Part shown: piece after piece, positions 13,065-25,578 of the stretch
Layout: each line of letters opens with the position of its first letter
How positions within the stretch are numbered: the first letter of the stretch is position 1
Origin: Phyllobates terribilis
Lineage: Eukaryota
Assembly: GCF_046119375.1 (NCBI RefSeq)
Contig: NW_027362762.1
Coordinates: 474,300,001 to 474,364,000, forward strand
DNA length: 64,000 bases
Direction: 5' to 3'
Translations under genes and position numbers: made by a program
Notes under the pieces: generated by a model
What the model saw: the letters and a program-made list of their open reading frames with translations, nothing else
What the model was told of the DNA's origin: nothing
Databases searched by the model: none

Positions 13065-14609
13065 CAGAGGGGAAAAAACGTATTTAGTCAGCCACCAGTT
13101 GTGCAAATTCTCACCCTTAAAAAGATGAGAGAGGCCTGTAATTGATATCATAGGTAGATCTCAACTATGAGAGACAAAATGAGAAAACAAATCCTGAAAA
13201 TCACATTGTCTGATTTGGAAAGAATTTTTTTTCAAATTTTGGTGGAAAATAAGTATTTGGTCAGTTACAAACAGGCAAGATTTCTGGCTCTCACAGACCT
13301 GTAACTTCTTCTTTAATAAGCTCCTCTGTCCTCCACTCATTAACCCTAGTACTGGCACCTGTTTGAACTTATCAGTATAAAAGACACCTGTCCGCAACCT
13401 CGAACAGTCACACTCCAAACTCCACTATAGTGAAGACCAAAGAGCTGTCAAAGGGCACCAGAAACAAAATTGTAGCCCTGCACCAGGCTGGGAAGACTGA
13501 ATCTGCAATAGGCAAGCAGCTTGGTGTGAAGAAATCAACTGTGGGAGCAATAATTAGAAAATGGAAGACATACTAGACCACAGATAATCTCCCTCGATCT
13601 GGGGCTCCACACAAGCTCTCACCCTGTGGGGTCAAAATGATCTCAAGAACGGTGAGCAAAAATCCCAGAACCACACCAGACTATCACCAGTAACACACTA
13701 TGCCGCCAGGGACTCAGATCCTGCAGTGCCAGACGTGTACCCCTGCTTAAGCCATTACATGTCCAGGCCCATCTGAAGTTTGCTAGAGAGCATTTGGATG
13801 ATCCAGAAGAGTATTGGGAGAATGTCATATGGTCAGATGAAACCAAAGTAAGATTGTTTGGTAGAAATACAACTCGTAGTGCTTGGAAGAGAGAGAATGC
13901 TGAATTGCATCAAAACATACCTACTGTGAAGCATGGGGGTGGCAGCATCATGTTTTGGGGCTGTTTCTCTGTCCAGGGACCAGGACGACTGATCCGTGTA
14001 CATGAAAGAATGAATGGGGCCATGTATCGGGAGATTTTGAGTGCAAACCTCCTTCCATCAGCAAGGGCATTGAAGATGAAGCGTGGCTGGATCTTTCAGC
14101 ATGACAATGATCCCAAGCACACCGCCAGGGCAACGAAGGAGTGGTTTCGTGAGAAGCATTTCAAGGTCCTAGAGTGGCCTAGCCAGTCTCCAGATCTAAA
14201 CTCTATAGAAAACCTTTGGAGGGAGTTGAAAGTCCGTCTGGCGCAGCGACAGCCCCAAAACATCACTGCTCTAAAGGAGATCTGCATGGAGCAATGGCCA
14301 ACATACCAGCAACAGAGTGTGCCAACCTTGTGAAGACTTACAGAAAACGGTTGACCTCTGTCACTGCCAACAAAGGATATATAACAAAGTATTGAGATGA
14401 ACTTTTGTAATTGACCAAATACTTATTTTCCACCAAAATTTGAAAAAAATTTCTTTACAAATCAGACAATGTGATTTTCAGGATTTGTTTTCTCATTTTG
14501 TCTCTCATAGTTGAGGTCTACCTATATTGTAAATTACAGGCCCCTCTCATCTTGTTAAGTGTGAGAACTTGCACAATTGGTGGCTGACTAAATACTTTTT
14601 TCCCCACTG
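13065..14609 (+). mobile_element. Tc1-like element (DD34E), same family as 7239-8736, defective
   Basis: TA-flanked long TIRs. Start codon mutated to ATA (13427) and an in-frame TAG near 13574. C-terminal ORF 13794-14333 has [15 protein letters not shown] and [11 protein letters not shown], with 34 residues between D and E. Confidence 0.95.
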
Positions 14610-14686
14610 TAGTTATTAAGGTTTTTTGCAAATATTATGCAATAGCACTCTGCAATTAATGAATACATGTATCCCACTATAGGAAG

Positions 14687-16110
14687 TGTCAGAAAATATT
14701 AAAAAGCTCTGCAGTCCCTCTCACCAAACTCGTCCCCCCTCCCCTATCCCATTTGCAGTAAGAGGACATAGCAATGTAAAAAGCTGCTTCTATGTAAACA
14801 AACTTAATTATCCAGGTTAATTACCATGCAAAAGAGAGTCCCTGATAGAACAAAAACTATGAAGATGTCTATTGTGCATAGACCCATATCCTTGACAAGT
14901 AATAGAGACGTGTGACGATTAGACTCCGTTTAGCATAGGGGCTAGGGACTGAATGAGTTGTGTATTTGATTAGAGATAAAGAGTATGACACCTGAAGGAG
15001 ATAGGAAATGTCTCATTAAGCTTCAAAGGGAATATATCACAGTCCTTAGAATAGCAGGGTCATTCAGATTTGCACATCCCTTTAATCTCCAGACATAAAT
15101 GGGACACTGAAGCACAGAAAATAAATATAGAATAGGGGAATTTCTATAACTCTGATTGTGATGGGATATACATTTTTAGCGCCAGGGCTAATTCGGGAAC
15201 GGTATGCATATTTTTTCATATCTGTGAGCCCTGCCGGTGACCTGTAACTCAACAGTAAGAGATAACTGACAGCAGCCATGTCATGTTTGATCTCTAAGGA
15301 AAAGTAGAATCCCAATGTAAAATATGGCATCACTTGCTAACTTATGCGATCATCGAGCAAGGAGTTATCGCAGAAATTAAAGATTTAATAAAACCATTAA
15401 GGGCTAAGACCAGCCCACTACCCGGCCCACGTGAGGTCATCACAGGGGGAGTGTGTGGGTAGGGCCCAATTCGACATAAAAGATCAAGCCGAATGATAAT
15501 CTGCGTTAGTGCTGAGAGATACATATTTTAGTGTAAGTAGGGACCACTTTCCATAACAGTCAATCGGTGTGCTCTCCTCCGGCTAAACTAAATCATCTCT
15601 GCGATCAGTATAGTAAGTTCTTCTGTTAATCCCTTTTATTTTCTGTAACTGTCTATGCTGTATTGTTTGTCCCCCTTGTAAAATCTTTTGTATATTTTTT
15701 CATAAACACTGCCTTTCTTTGGATTAAATATAAAATTTAATAGTTCTGTTTCTTTTGCTCTGTATTCATGCCTCCCTCGAAGCCATATACGCTACCAGAA
15801 AGCAGATGTCCAATCAGGCCTGTATTGGATTCTAATAGTTAAAAAGAAACTGTTGGTGGTGGCAGCGAATAATCTTCTTGGGTTATCGTGAGGCTAGCAG
15901 TGATGGTACAAGGGCATATAAACATATTCCATTAGTTGGAATCCGGAGGTGTCTATGCCATATGCTGACTGTTAGCCTTCTGATAACTAATAACTAAGAA
16001 CAGCCTGCACCCCCCTCAGTTGATCGTCGGCCAATCATGCAATTGTCAGGACGATACAGGGCAGCAGAGAAGCTGTTCGCTCAAGAGATCACAGTAGGTG
16101 GTCTCTGTGA
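14687..16110 (+). mobile_element. LTR-like repeat copy B
   Basis: Starts TGTCAG. Has a TATA-like ACATAAAAG (~15475) and homology to copy A in the opposite orientation. No clean TSD. Confidence 0.6.
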
Positions 16111-16127
16111 ATAATCGGGATCGTGGG

Positions 16128-19100
16128 TGTCACGGGGTTACCGCAACAGTTTGGAGCCAGAAGACATGGCTCCTACTCCAGCTCCGTGAAGTTCTTTTGA
16201 GGAGTGTTGAAGGAATTATTTGTGACTGTAGTCTGGTTTGTACGCATGGTAATTCCTTATCCTTCTCCATTTTTGGCTTATTCAAGTACCTTCACACCCT
16301 TGTACTTTCCTCTGTTATATGTGAGTGAATATTTTGTGTGCCGGGAGTTTTCTGTTTACCCCTGTCTGTGTAACCCTGTTTGGCGGGTTGGTGTACTACG
16401 GTGCACAGTAGGGCCCCCTTTTCTGGGTGGGGGAGTGAACAGACGGTGGGCTTACTCAGGAGTTAGGGTGAGGGTGGAGGCCCTGGTATCCTCACTTTCA
16501 GAGGTATCCCAGGGAATAGGGCAAGCTAGGGCACCCACTAGTATTAGGGACAGGGTAGGAGCCCCTGGTCCCTCGTCACCCAACAGCTGTGTCGTGTCAT
16601 TAGCTCTGACCGCAACCGCTTATTCTGATCCTTGATGGATCCTATCACTGCCCTGATGGGGCAATTGCAGCAGCTCAATCTGGAGGTGGCGGATTTATGC
16701 GCGGTGGTTTTTCAGTCCCCTAATACAGTGGGTGTGGGAGGCGCATCTCTCAGGCAAACCATAGTGGAGCCCAAGGTCGCGTTGCCTGACAGATTCTCTG
16801 GGAGGCGTGAAAAGTTTGTCATTTTCTGAGAAGCCTGTAAACTGTACTTCAGGCTATGTCCGGTTTCCTCGGTTACAAAGGAGCAACGTGTGGGGATAGT
16901 GATCTCGCTACTTTAGGGGGATACCCAAGCATGGGCGTTTTGTCTCCCATCTGACTCTCAATCGCTTTAGATGGTGGAGGTTTTTTTTCGGGGTCTGGGC
17001 CTTATATATGATGACCCCAATCGCGTCTCCATAGACGAGGTCACATTGCACCAACTTTGGCAGGGAGACCGTCCAGTGAAGGAATATTGCTCCGAGTTCA
17101 GGAGGTGGGCCACGGATAACAAGTGAAATGACCCCGCACTATGTAGTCTGTTCTGTGAGGGGCTTACAGTATCTGTGAAAGACCCCTTGGCCCTATATGA
17201 GACTCCTGACTCCCTTGAGACTGCCATGTCTCTGGCGATTCGAGTTGATCGCCATCTTTGCCAAAGACATATTGAGTCGGCCCCATGAGTGGGGGGTCGA
17301 GGGTCCAGGGAGGTCAATGTGGAGTCACCTGAGGAATCCATGCAGGTGGGTGCGACATCTTCCTCTGGGAAATTTCCGGTAGTCTGGCGTAGGGGGGGAG
17401 TGTGTTTCTTTTGTGGAAAAAAGGGTCATTTCTTGGGTACATGTCGTTCCTGTTCTCATAATAAGCAACCGCCAGAAAACTAGATGGCCCGGGTTGTGGG
17501 GAGGTTAGCAACCCAGGTGTACTTATCACCTCTCTAGGTAGGACATAGTTTCTCCTGCCAGCCGTAGTTCATGTGGAGGGAGTTAAGGTGGAGGTGTCTG
17601 CCTTTCTGGACAGTGGGGCAGGGTTTAATTTGATCGGCTCAAGGTTCGTCCAGGCCCAAGGCCTCAGCCCATGTACCCTGTCCAGACCTATACCCATAAT
17701 AGCCATCGACTCCGCCCCCTTGAGACAGCAGCACTTTACTCATGCCGTCTGTGACTTGTGGCTTCAGGTGGGGGCCATACACACCAAGGTTTTAGACTGT
17801 TATGTGCTAGAGGGTCTTCCCTCACCCGTGGTACTGGGTCTCCCTTGGCTATCTCTGCCCAACCCAGTGGTAGATTGGCAGACTCAGGAGGTAGTAAAAT
17901 GGAGTGGGTATTGCCAAGGACACTGCTTGGGTACCCAGATGGCTCGGGTGGATACCCGGCCTGTGCCTAGTTACTTGTTGGATTTTGGGGATGATTTCTC
18001 GGAGCAGGGGTACCAAGAACTTCCTCCCTATCGTCCCTATGATTGTGCCATAAATCTTGTGCCAGGGGCCAAGCTGTCCAAGAGCAGACTCTACAATATA
18101 TCTGTTCCGGAGAGACAGGCCATGAGGGATTACATCATGGAAAGCCTGACTAAGGATCATATCAGATCTTCCTCTTCACACGTTGCCGATGGGTTTTTCT
18201 TTGTTAAAAAGAAAGATGGGGGGTTACGCCCTTGCCTGGATTTCCGTGAGCTCAATGCGATCACTGTCTGTGATCCGTTTCATCTTCCGCTCATTCCAGA
18301 CCTTTTTAACCAAATTGTCGGGGCTAAATGATTCTCTAAGATGGACCTCAGTGGGGCATATAATCTCATACACATTAAAGAGGGAGATGAGTGGAAGAAC
18401 GCGTTCAATACGCATGAAGGTCACTATGAGAATCTTGTGATGGTTTTTGGGTTGACGAATGTGCCCGCCGTCTTTCAACACTTTATAAATTACATCTTTA
18501 GCCATCTGATAGGCAGGTTTGTGGTGATCTACCTGGATTACATACTAATTTATTCTCCTGATTTTGAGTCACACCAGGTACACATCAGGCAGGTATTACA
18601 TATTCTTCGTGACAATAAATTACATGTCAAACCTGAGAAGTGTATGTTCTCAGTTGAGGAGATCCCATTCCTAGGATACGTGTTGTCTTCCAACTGTTTT
18701 CGCATGGATCCAGCCAAAGTCCGGGTGGTATTGGATTGGGATCGTCCGGAGAATTTGAAGGGGTTACAAAGGTTTTTAGATTTTGCCAACTACTACCGCA
18801 AGTTCATAAAGAATTTTTTGTAAGAAGCCAAACCGCTTACAGATATGACCATAAAGGGGACAGACTTCTCCAGGTGGTCCAGTCCTGCCAGGGAGGCATT
18901 TGATACGTTGAAAAAGTGTTTTTCTTCTGCGTCAATTCTTATACAGCCTGACGTCTCTCAGCCTTTTATCTTTGAGGTCGATGCATCTGAGGTGGGAGTG
19001 GGGGCTGTGTTGTCGCAGGGGGCATCTCCTGGTAAATGGCGTACCATGTGCATATTTCTCTAAAAAACTTTCACCTGCCGAGAGAAATTATGACATTGGT

Positions 19101-21420
19101 AACAGGGAACTCTTAGCTATCAAAAGGGCTTTTGAGGAGTGGCAACATTTTTTGGAGGGGGCAGTCCACCCTGTGATGGTAGTCACGGATCATAAGAATC
19201 TGGTATACCTGACACCTCATCAGGCTAGATGGGCATTGTTTTTAACCAGGTTTAACTTCTTGTCACATATAGGCCGGGGAACAAAAACATTAAGGCAGAT
19301 GCCTTATCCCGTTGCTTTCCTGGGGTAGAAGATAAGTGTGAACCGGTACCTATTCTTCAAAAGGGGGTGGTTATGGCGTCTATATACTCCGATCTGGAAA
19401 GAGAGGTTGTTGACACTCAGGGTGATGCCCCCTGCTGCCTGTCTACTTGATAAACTGTTTGTTCCTGTAAATCTCCATCTTAGAGTTCTCAGCGAACATC
19501 GCGATTCGGTGTTGGCTGGACATCCTGGTAATAAAGCCACCGCGGATCTGCTTTTGGTGGCCAGGTGCTCATAAGGATGTCCAAGAGTATGTAGCCTCCT
19601 GCAGTGTCTGTGAGCATTCTAAAACCCCTCATACTTGTCCGTTGGGGGCTCTCCAACCCTTGGAGACTACCAGTAAACCTAGGACTCACTTATCAGTCTA
19701 TTTTATCACAGATCTTCCCGTGTCGGCGAGGAACACTGTAATCTTTGTAGTGGTTGATAGGTTCAGTAAAATGTCTAATTTTGCCACATTACCAGCTTTA
19801 CCAAATAGCAAAGCCTTGGCACAAGTTTTTATCAGGGAAATAATTAGGTTACACGGGATCCTGACCCACATTATTTCTGATCGTGGGGTGCAGATTGTCT
19901 CCAAGTTTTGGAGGGCATTTTGCTGCCGTTTGGGGATCCATTTATCATTTTCGTCCGTATTTCACCTGTAGTCTAATGTTCAGATGGAGCAGGTTAACCA
20001 GAATCTGGAGACGTACCTCAGGTGTTTTGTATCTGAAAGTCAGGAGGACTGGTTACTTATTTGCCATTAGCCGAATTCGCTGTAAATAATTGTTGTCAGA
20101 AATCGACCGGTAAGTCCCCGTTTTTTGGGGCATATGGGTTCCATCCTCAGTTTAGTTCTTTTATTGGTAATCGCCCTTTTGGATTACCGGAGGAGGAACG
20201 GTTTTCATCTTCTATTTTTACCATTTGGTAGGGGGTTACTAATAATTTGAGGAAGATGGGATCCAAGTGGCTGATCGGAGACGTTTGGTGGGTCCAGACC
20301 TGTGTGTGGGTGACTTGGTGTGGCTGTCCTCTAGGAGCATTAAGTTGAAAGTTGCGTCATGGAAACTGGGTTCCAGGTTTATCGGTCCTTATAAAATCAT
20401 AGCCATCGTCAATCGCATAGCGTTTTGCCTTGCTCTACCACCTACCTTTAGGATCGATGTTTTTCATCATTCTCTCCTCAAAAATACATTGCATCTTCTC
20501 TACCATCACCTCTACCTCCATCACCTGTCATTGTTAATGGTAATTTGGAGTTTCAGATTGCTAAGATCATGGATTCTCGTCTTGTTTGTCGTTAACTTCA
20601 GTATCTGGTTCATTGGAGGGGGTATGATCCTGAGGAGAGGATGTGGGTACCAGCATCTCAAGTTTATGCCACCAGACTGGTCTGGCTTTTCATGCAGCTC
20701 ACCCCAATAGGCCTGGTCCTGAGGTTCTGAAGGTCCCTCGTAGAGGAGGGGGTACTGTAACGGGGTTATCACGACAGTTTGGAGCCAGAAGACCTCAGCT
20801 CCGGATGGCTTCTACTCCAGCTCTGAGAAGAAACACTTCTACGTCATTTTAAATGTGTTCATTTCTTCCGGCAGAACAGGGGTTCAGCGGCCATGTTGGA
20901 ATTCACTGTGCTCACAGTTGAGCTCGGTTAGCCACTCCTTTTCCCTTTATAATCTGGGCTCTGATACAAATTTTTGTCAGAGCTAGTTTTTGCTGCATGG
21001 CTAACGGAGGGAGAGGAGTTCTTTCGAGAAGGAGTGTTGAAGGAATTATTTGTGACTGTAGTCTGTTTTGTACACGTGGTAATTCCTTATCCTTCTCCAT
21101 TTTTGGTTTATTCCCCTACCTTCACACCCCGGTGCGTTCCTCTGTTATATGTGAGTGAATATTTTGTGTGCCTGGAGTTTTCTGTTTACCCCTGTCTGTG
21201 TAACCCTGTTTGTCGGGTTGCTGTACTATGGTGCACAGTAGCACCTCCTTCTCTGGGTAGGGGGAGTAAACAGAAGGTGGGCTTTCTCAGGAGTTAGGAC
21301 AAGGGTGGAGGCCCCGGCATCCTCACCTTCAGAGATATCCTGGGGAATAGGGTAAATTAGGGCGCCCCCTAGTGTTAGGGACAGGGTAGGAGCCCCAGGA
21401 CCCTGGTCACCCAACAGGTG
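16128..21420 (+). mobile_element. Ty3/Gypsy chromovirus-type LTR retrotransposon, full structure but decayed
   Basis: 5' LTR 16128-16599 (TGTCACGGGG) and 3' LTR 20756-~21420 (TGTAACGGGG), the latter preceded by PPT AGAGGAGGGGGTAC. gag-pol lies between them. Confidence 0.95.
16635..20720 (+). pseudogene. gag-pol (Gag, CCHC knuckle, protease, RT, RNase H, integrase, chromodomain) with many stops and frameshifts
   Basis: MDPITALM...PKVALPDRFSG; CFFCGKKGHFLGTC; FLDSGA; FGLTNVPAVFQ and YLDYIL; [12 protein letters not shown]; DHKNL; VVVDRFSK and SDRGVQ; EFQIAKIMDSR...YLVHWRGY at 20545-20630. Confidence 0.95.
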
Positions 21421-22399
21421 TAAACATCAAATGTTTGTATATATATAGGTATATGTACCAAATGGCTCTTCAAACAAATCCATAAATCACCATCTCTACA
21501 CTTGATTATAGTGCAGAAAAAAAGAGATCCATTATTGTAATTAAAAATAAATTTTATTACATCAGTAAATTAAAAACATGACAACAACATAAAGTAAAAA
21601 AGCAGAGTGCCCAGTAAGGGGGACAGATTCCTGCACAACGATCCAGTATATTATAGGCTCCAAAAAATGACTATCTTAGTCTACCAATATTACAGACCTC
21701 CTAGTAATAAATCTCTGTATGCCATTTATAATGCTATATATAAGTAGCTAAATATAAATAGATGAGGGGCACACGACCCTTTAACTAGACCAATTTAATG
21801 AAGGTCCCATGAAAAACATAGATAGACATTCATATAAAGGAGCTAAATATTTAATCCCTATGGTATTGGGAAATAACCATGATACATCTATTTTGAGATT
21901 TTTTATCAGACCTATTTTCTTTTATCTCCATTGACTTCTATTGGCAATATTAATATGTAAATTGGAATTTGCACGCTGTGATTTTTTTAAAACGGATTCC
22001 AATTGTGCGTCTGTCCATTTTAAGAATTGTTTGCAGAAATGGGACCATTGACCATATTATGTTCGGTATGCAGTTAATAGATACTCAACATAAAATGATT
22101 ATGTGAATGGCTCGGGAGCAGGTTGCTAACCACAACTTTATAACATGTTACTGTTTTACTCTTTTAAAGAATGTTTCTTTAAATCCTCAATGCAACTTTT
22201 TAGTCTGTAATTAAAGGGTTAAAGCATTCACTAGTGTTTCTTAAGGAGTTACAGAACACTCCTCTACCTGCTTTCTTCCCACAGATTGGCTGTAAAACTG
22301 AAAGATCCGGTTTCTTTTGAGCTTGTTTGATTTAGAAAAAAAAAAGACACTCCCTGGGACTTTGAGTCTCCTCTTTACAATTGAAGAAAGTCTACAAAA

Positions 22400-22480
22400 C
22401 GCTCTTTTACATTTAAATTTAATATGGCAACGTGATACAGTGCATCTACTCCCAAGGGAACATTGTAGCCCACTGTTAAG
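22400..22480 (+). other. Candidate non-coding exon 1 of the connexin gene
   Basis: Strong donor AAG|GTAAGT at 22480/22481 and acceptor TTTTTCTCAG| at 23482, 7 nt before the ATG. This fits the usual beta-connexin layout. The exon start is a guess. Confidence 0.45.
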
Positions 22481-23489
22481 GTAAGTGTTTAATTCACTAT
22501 TTCTTAGCTAAAATACATATAATTGTCAGTAGAGAAGGTTTAAGAAATGTACTTTAAATTATGTTTCTGAAATGTACATGTATTAAGTCACAGCAAGGAC
22601 CGAACACTGGGCAATAAATGGACTAAGTTAGATGACTTTGCCATTTCAGTGCATGTAATGCTTATCAGAAAACCCGTGTTTCCGAGTGGGTGAATTATAA
22701 TTACTTAGAAGCTTTGTTAATATGATCATGCAGTAATTAAATTTATACATGGAGAATAATTCTGCCCAATCATTGGCCACTCATCTGTAAACTTTGTGTA
22801 GTATGCTTTTTAGTATACTATTATTTATGATATAGATACACCATTAAGTCTGCTTTTCTTGTTAACTCTGTGAAGGCTGACAGAGTGCCTCATAAGTTGC
22901 TCTGATGCCAATCAACATCTGAAAACACATAATACAGGCAAATATGAGAAGATCTGAGCATTTAAATTCCTAACTGGTCATCAGTTTCAATCTTTTCCAA
23001 TTATGACCCCTGTAAACAGCGAATGATTAATAAAATCAAATGGAAGAAGCTTCTGATTAACCACTTAAATCTGACAGCCTAGCAGCCGCTAAAAGTGAAA
23101 AATGTTCAATTGACTACATCTATTCATGGGACACCAGATACCATAGGACACTTTCAGAGGTCTTGTGGCATTCACAGATCCGAATTGTTTTTGTGGCCCG
23201 AGAGGGACCTAAACAGTATTAGACAGGTGATCAGTGTATGCATTACCTATGTTCCTTTATCATTACAGATAATGAACACAGCAGTGATTCAACAGTTTGG
23301 TGATACAAAAATCACTGTTTATTAGACTATCAAGTACAAAATACGACAGAATGCATTATAAATGGTCAAAAAATGTATATACACGTGCAACATATACCTA
23401 AGTATATAATGATATTGAAGAAGCAACGTTTTTGAACCAGTGGAAGAACCAGAAGACGACAGCAGTTGGAACTTTTTCTCAGATAAACC

Positions 23490-24278
23490 ATGAACTGGGG
23501 AATTTTCCAAGGACTTCTCAGTGGAGCAAGTCATTTCTCTACTGCATTTGGACGTATTTGGATGTCAGTGGTCTTTGTTTTCAGACTACTGGTATATGTA
23601 GTGGCTGCCGAAAGAGTATGGGCTGATGAGCAAGGAGAGTTTGACTGTAATACAAAACAGCCGGGTTGCACTAATGTTTGTTACGATCACTACTTTCCAG
23701 TATCCCACATCAGGCTTTGGGCCCTCCAGCTAATTCTGGTTACTTGCCCTTCTCTTCTTGTCATGATGCATGTGGCATACAGGGAAGATCGAGAAAGAAA
23801 ACATAAGCAAAGACAGGGAGAGGATTGTGGAAGACTATACATAGACACAGGTAAAAAGAGGGGAGGTTTATGGTGGACCTACCTTTTTAGCCTCATAATA
23901 AAGGCTGCAGTGGATTCAGTGTTCCTCTACATCTTTCATCACATCTACAAGGACTATTATCTTCCTTCTATTGTTAAGTGTACATTACCACCATGTCCAA
24001 ATATTGTAGACTGTTTCATATCAAGACCCACAGAAAAAAACATTTTCACCCTGTTTATGGTTATAACTACTATCATTTGCATTGTACTCAACCTAATAGA
24101 GATAGGATACTTGGTCGGTAAAAGATGTCGTGAACGTCTGACACAACAAAATCAGTCTCAAGATGTTATTGCATATCTCCAAAAACAAGAAATGTTTCAT
24201 GTCAACAACAAGCTGAATGAAAAGATAGACATGTTGCCAAGCATTCATATAACACCGTCTGAAACTAAATTAAAATGA
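23490..24278 (+). CDS. GJB5: Gap junction beta protein (connexin), GJB5 (Cx31.1)/GJB4 (Cx30.3)-like, 262 aa
   Basis: Single-exon ORF with four TM segments, EL1 C-x6-C-x3-C ([12 protein letters not shown]) and EL2 C-x4-C-x5-C ([12 protein letters not shown]). [23 protein letters not shown] and [22 protein letters not shown] match GJB5 as I recall it; KAAVD and YKDY are GJB4-like. The orthologue assignment is less certain than the family. Confidence 0.93.
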   Translation: MNWGIFQGLLSGASHFSTAFGRIWMSVVFVFRLLVYVVAAERVWADEQGEFDCNTKQPGCTNVCYDHYFPVSHIRLWALQLILVTCPSLLVMMHVAYREDRERKHKQRQGEDCGRLYIDTGKKRGGLWWTYLFSLIIKAAVDSVFLYIFHHIYKDYYLPSIVKCTLPPCPNIVDCFISRPTEKNIFTLFMVITTIICIVLNLIEIGYLVGKRCRERLTQQNQSQDVIAYLQKQEMFHVNNKLNEKIDMLPSIHITPSETKLK

Positions 24279-24481
24279 GGTAATGAATTTCACAATACAG
24301 CCGATATATTGACTGAATGACTCATAACATGAACCAGCACAAAGGATGTAAAGTGGGAATCAAATAATTTCAAATTTTACAGCGGGATACAAGGGGTAAC
24401 GTTTATCCTCACTGAGAGTGACATGTTAAGCATGTCAAGGTGAGGAGACTTTTAAGCTGCAATGCTCCTCAGGAAAATATG

Positions 24482-24736
24482 CAAATTGTCTCTTCAGAGA
24501 GGAAGAGGACTAGAACACTAGTGCCACCTATAGGAAGTAGCAATCCTAAAAGTCAATATCGACTCTCCAACAAGCCTTGTCACATGACTTGGTATAAAAT
24601 TGAGATTCTGGTTCTGGCTTTTATCCTGAGTCATGTGACAAGGTTCATTAGAGAGTCGATATTGACTTTTAGGATTGCTACTTCCTATGGGTGGCACTAG
24701 AGTTCTAGACCTCTTCCTCTCTGAAGAGACAATTTG
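24482..24736. repeat. Foldback element (~105-110 bp arms, ~40 bp loop) about 200 bp downstream of the connexin stop
   Basis: CAAATTGTCTCTTCAGAGAGGAAGAGG...CTTGTCACATGACT is paired with AGTCATGTGACAAG...CCTCTTCCTCTCTGAAGAGACAATTTG. Confidence 0.92.
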
Positions 24737-25578
24737 AAAATTTTACAGCAAAGGGGTTAACACTTTAAAGAGAACCTGTTAATAGAGTGTCTGATCTAAA
24801 CAGCTGATAAAATGTATATACATTTTTGCGGAAAAATATTTATTACACCTTGTATTTCTTTTTCTCCACTTTCTATGAAAAAAGGTGTCTAGTGAGTGGT
24901 CCAATTCAGTGACTGACAGCTTTAACTCAATGAATGTGCATAGGTAGGTGTTAATCACAAGTTAGGACCACCCACTGGACTCCTAAATATATATAGTGCA
25001 GACTTTTTAAAATTAAAATACAAGTTGTACTCAATTTTTTTCCACAACATTATATATCAATCTGCTTGGCTCCCCCTGCTTTGTGCCCACAGGTAGGACT
25101 GGATGTACAGGCAAATGAGACTGCATGTACAGGTCATGACTAATATGCTTTATAATTCACCATGGAAAAATAGACAAAACAGGCTCTTTTATGTGATGTT
25201 CAAGGACATTCCTGTTCTATCTTGCCTAGACTTTATGTAGCTCATGCATCACAGTGTGCTCATGGGAAACATCATGGAGAGGTAAATGGCCTAACTGGGA
25301 GATTTGCCAAACTGTGACATTTTATAACATTCCTTGAATTTAATCTCATCGTCTATTTAGAGTCTAAAGGTTCCACTCATAAACTTAAAGGGTACATCAT
25401 TGCACAAAGGTCTCTGAACTTTTTAAACAACAAAGTGGAACATGCATTATACAATTAAATTTGGGGGTAGGTGTTATGTTCTAGTATAGTTAAAATATAT
25501 CTGTTTGAGCAGTAATTACGCTTAAACATAAGCATCATCTTCTAATACAACATAGACACAAACTTTCAAGTAGTTGAA

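Noticed and set aside
21460-22200. Possible Penelope 3' remnant (P*GLN-like on the minus strand)
   Set aside because: Too decayed to support without an alignment.
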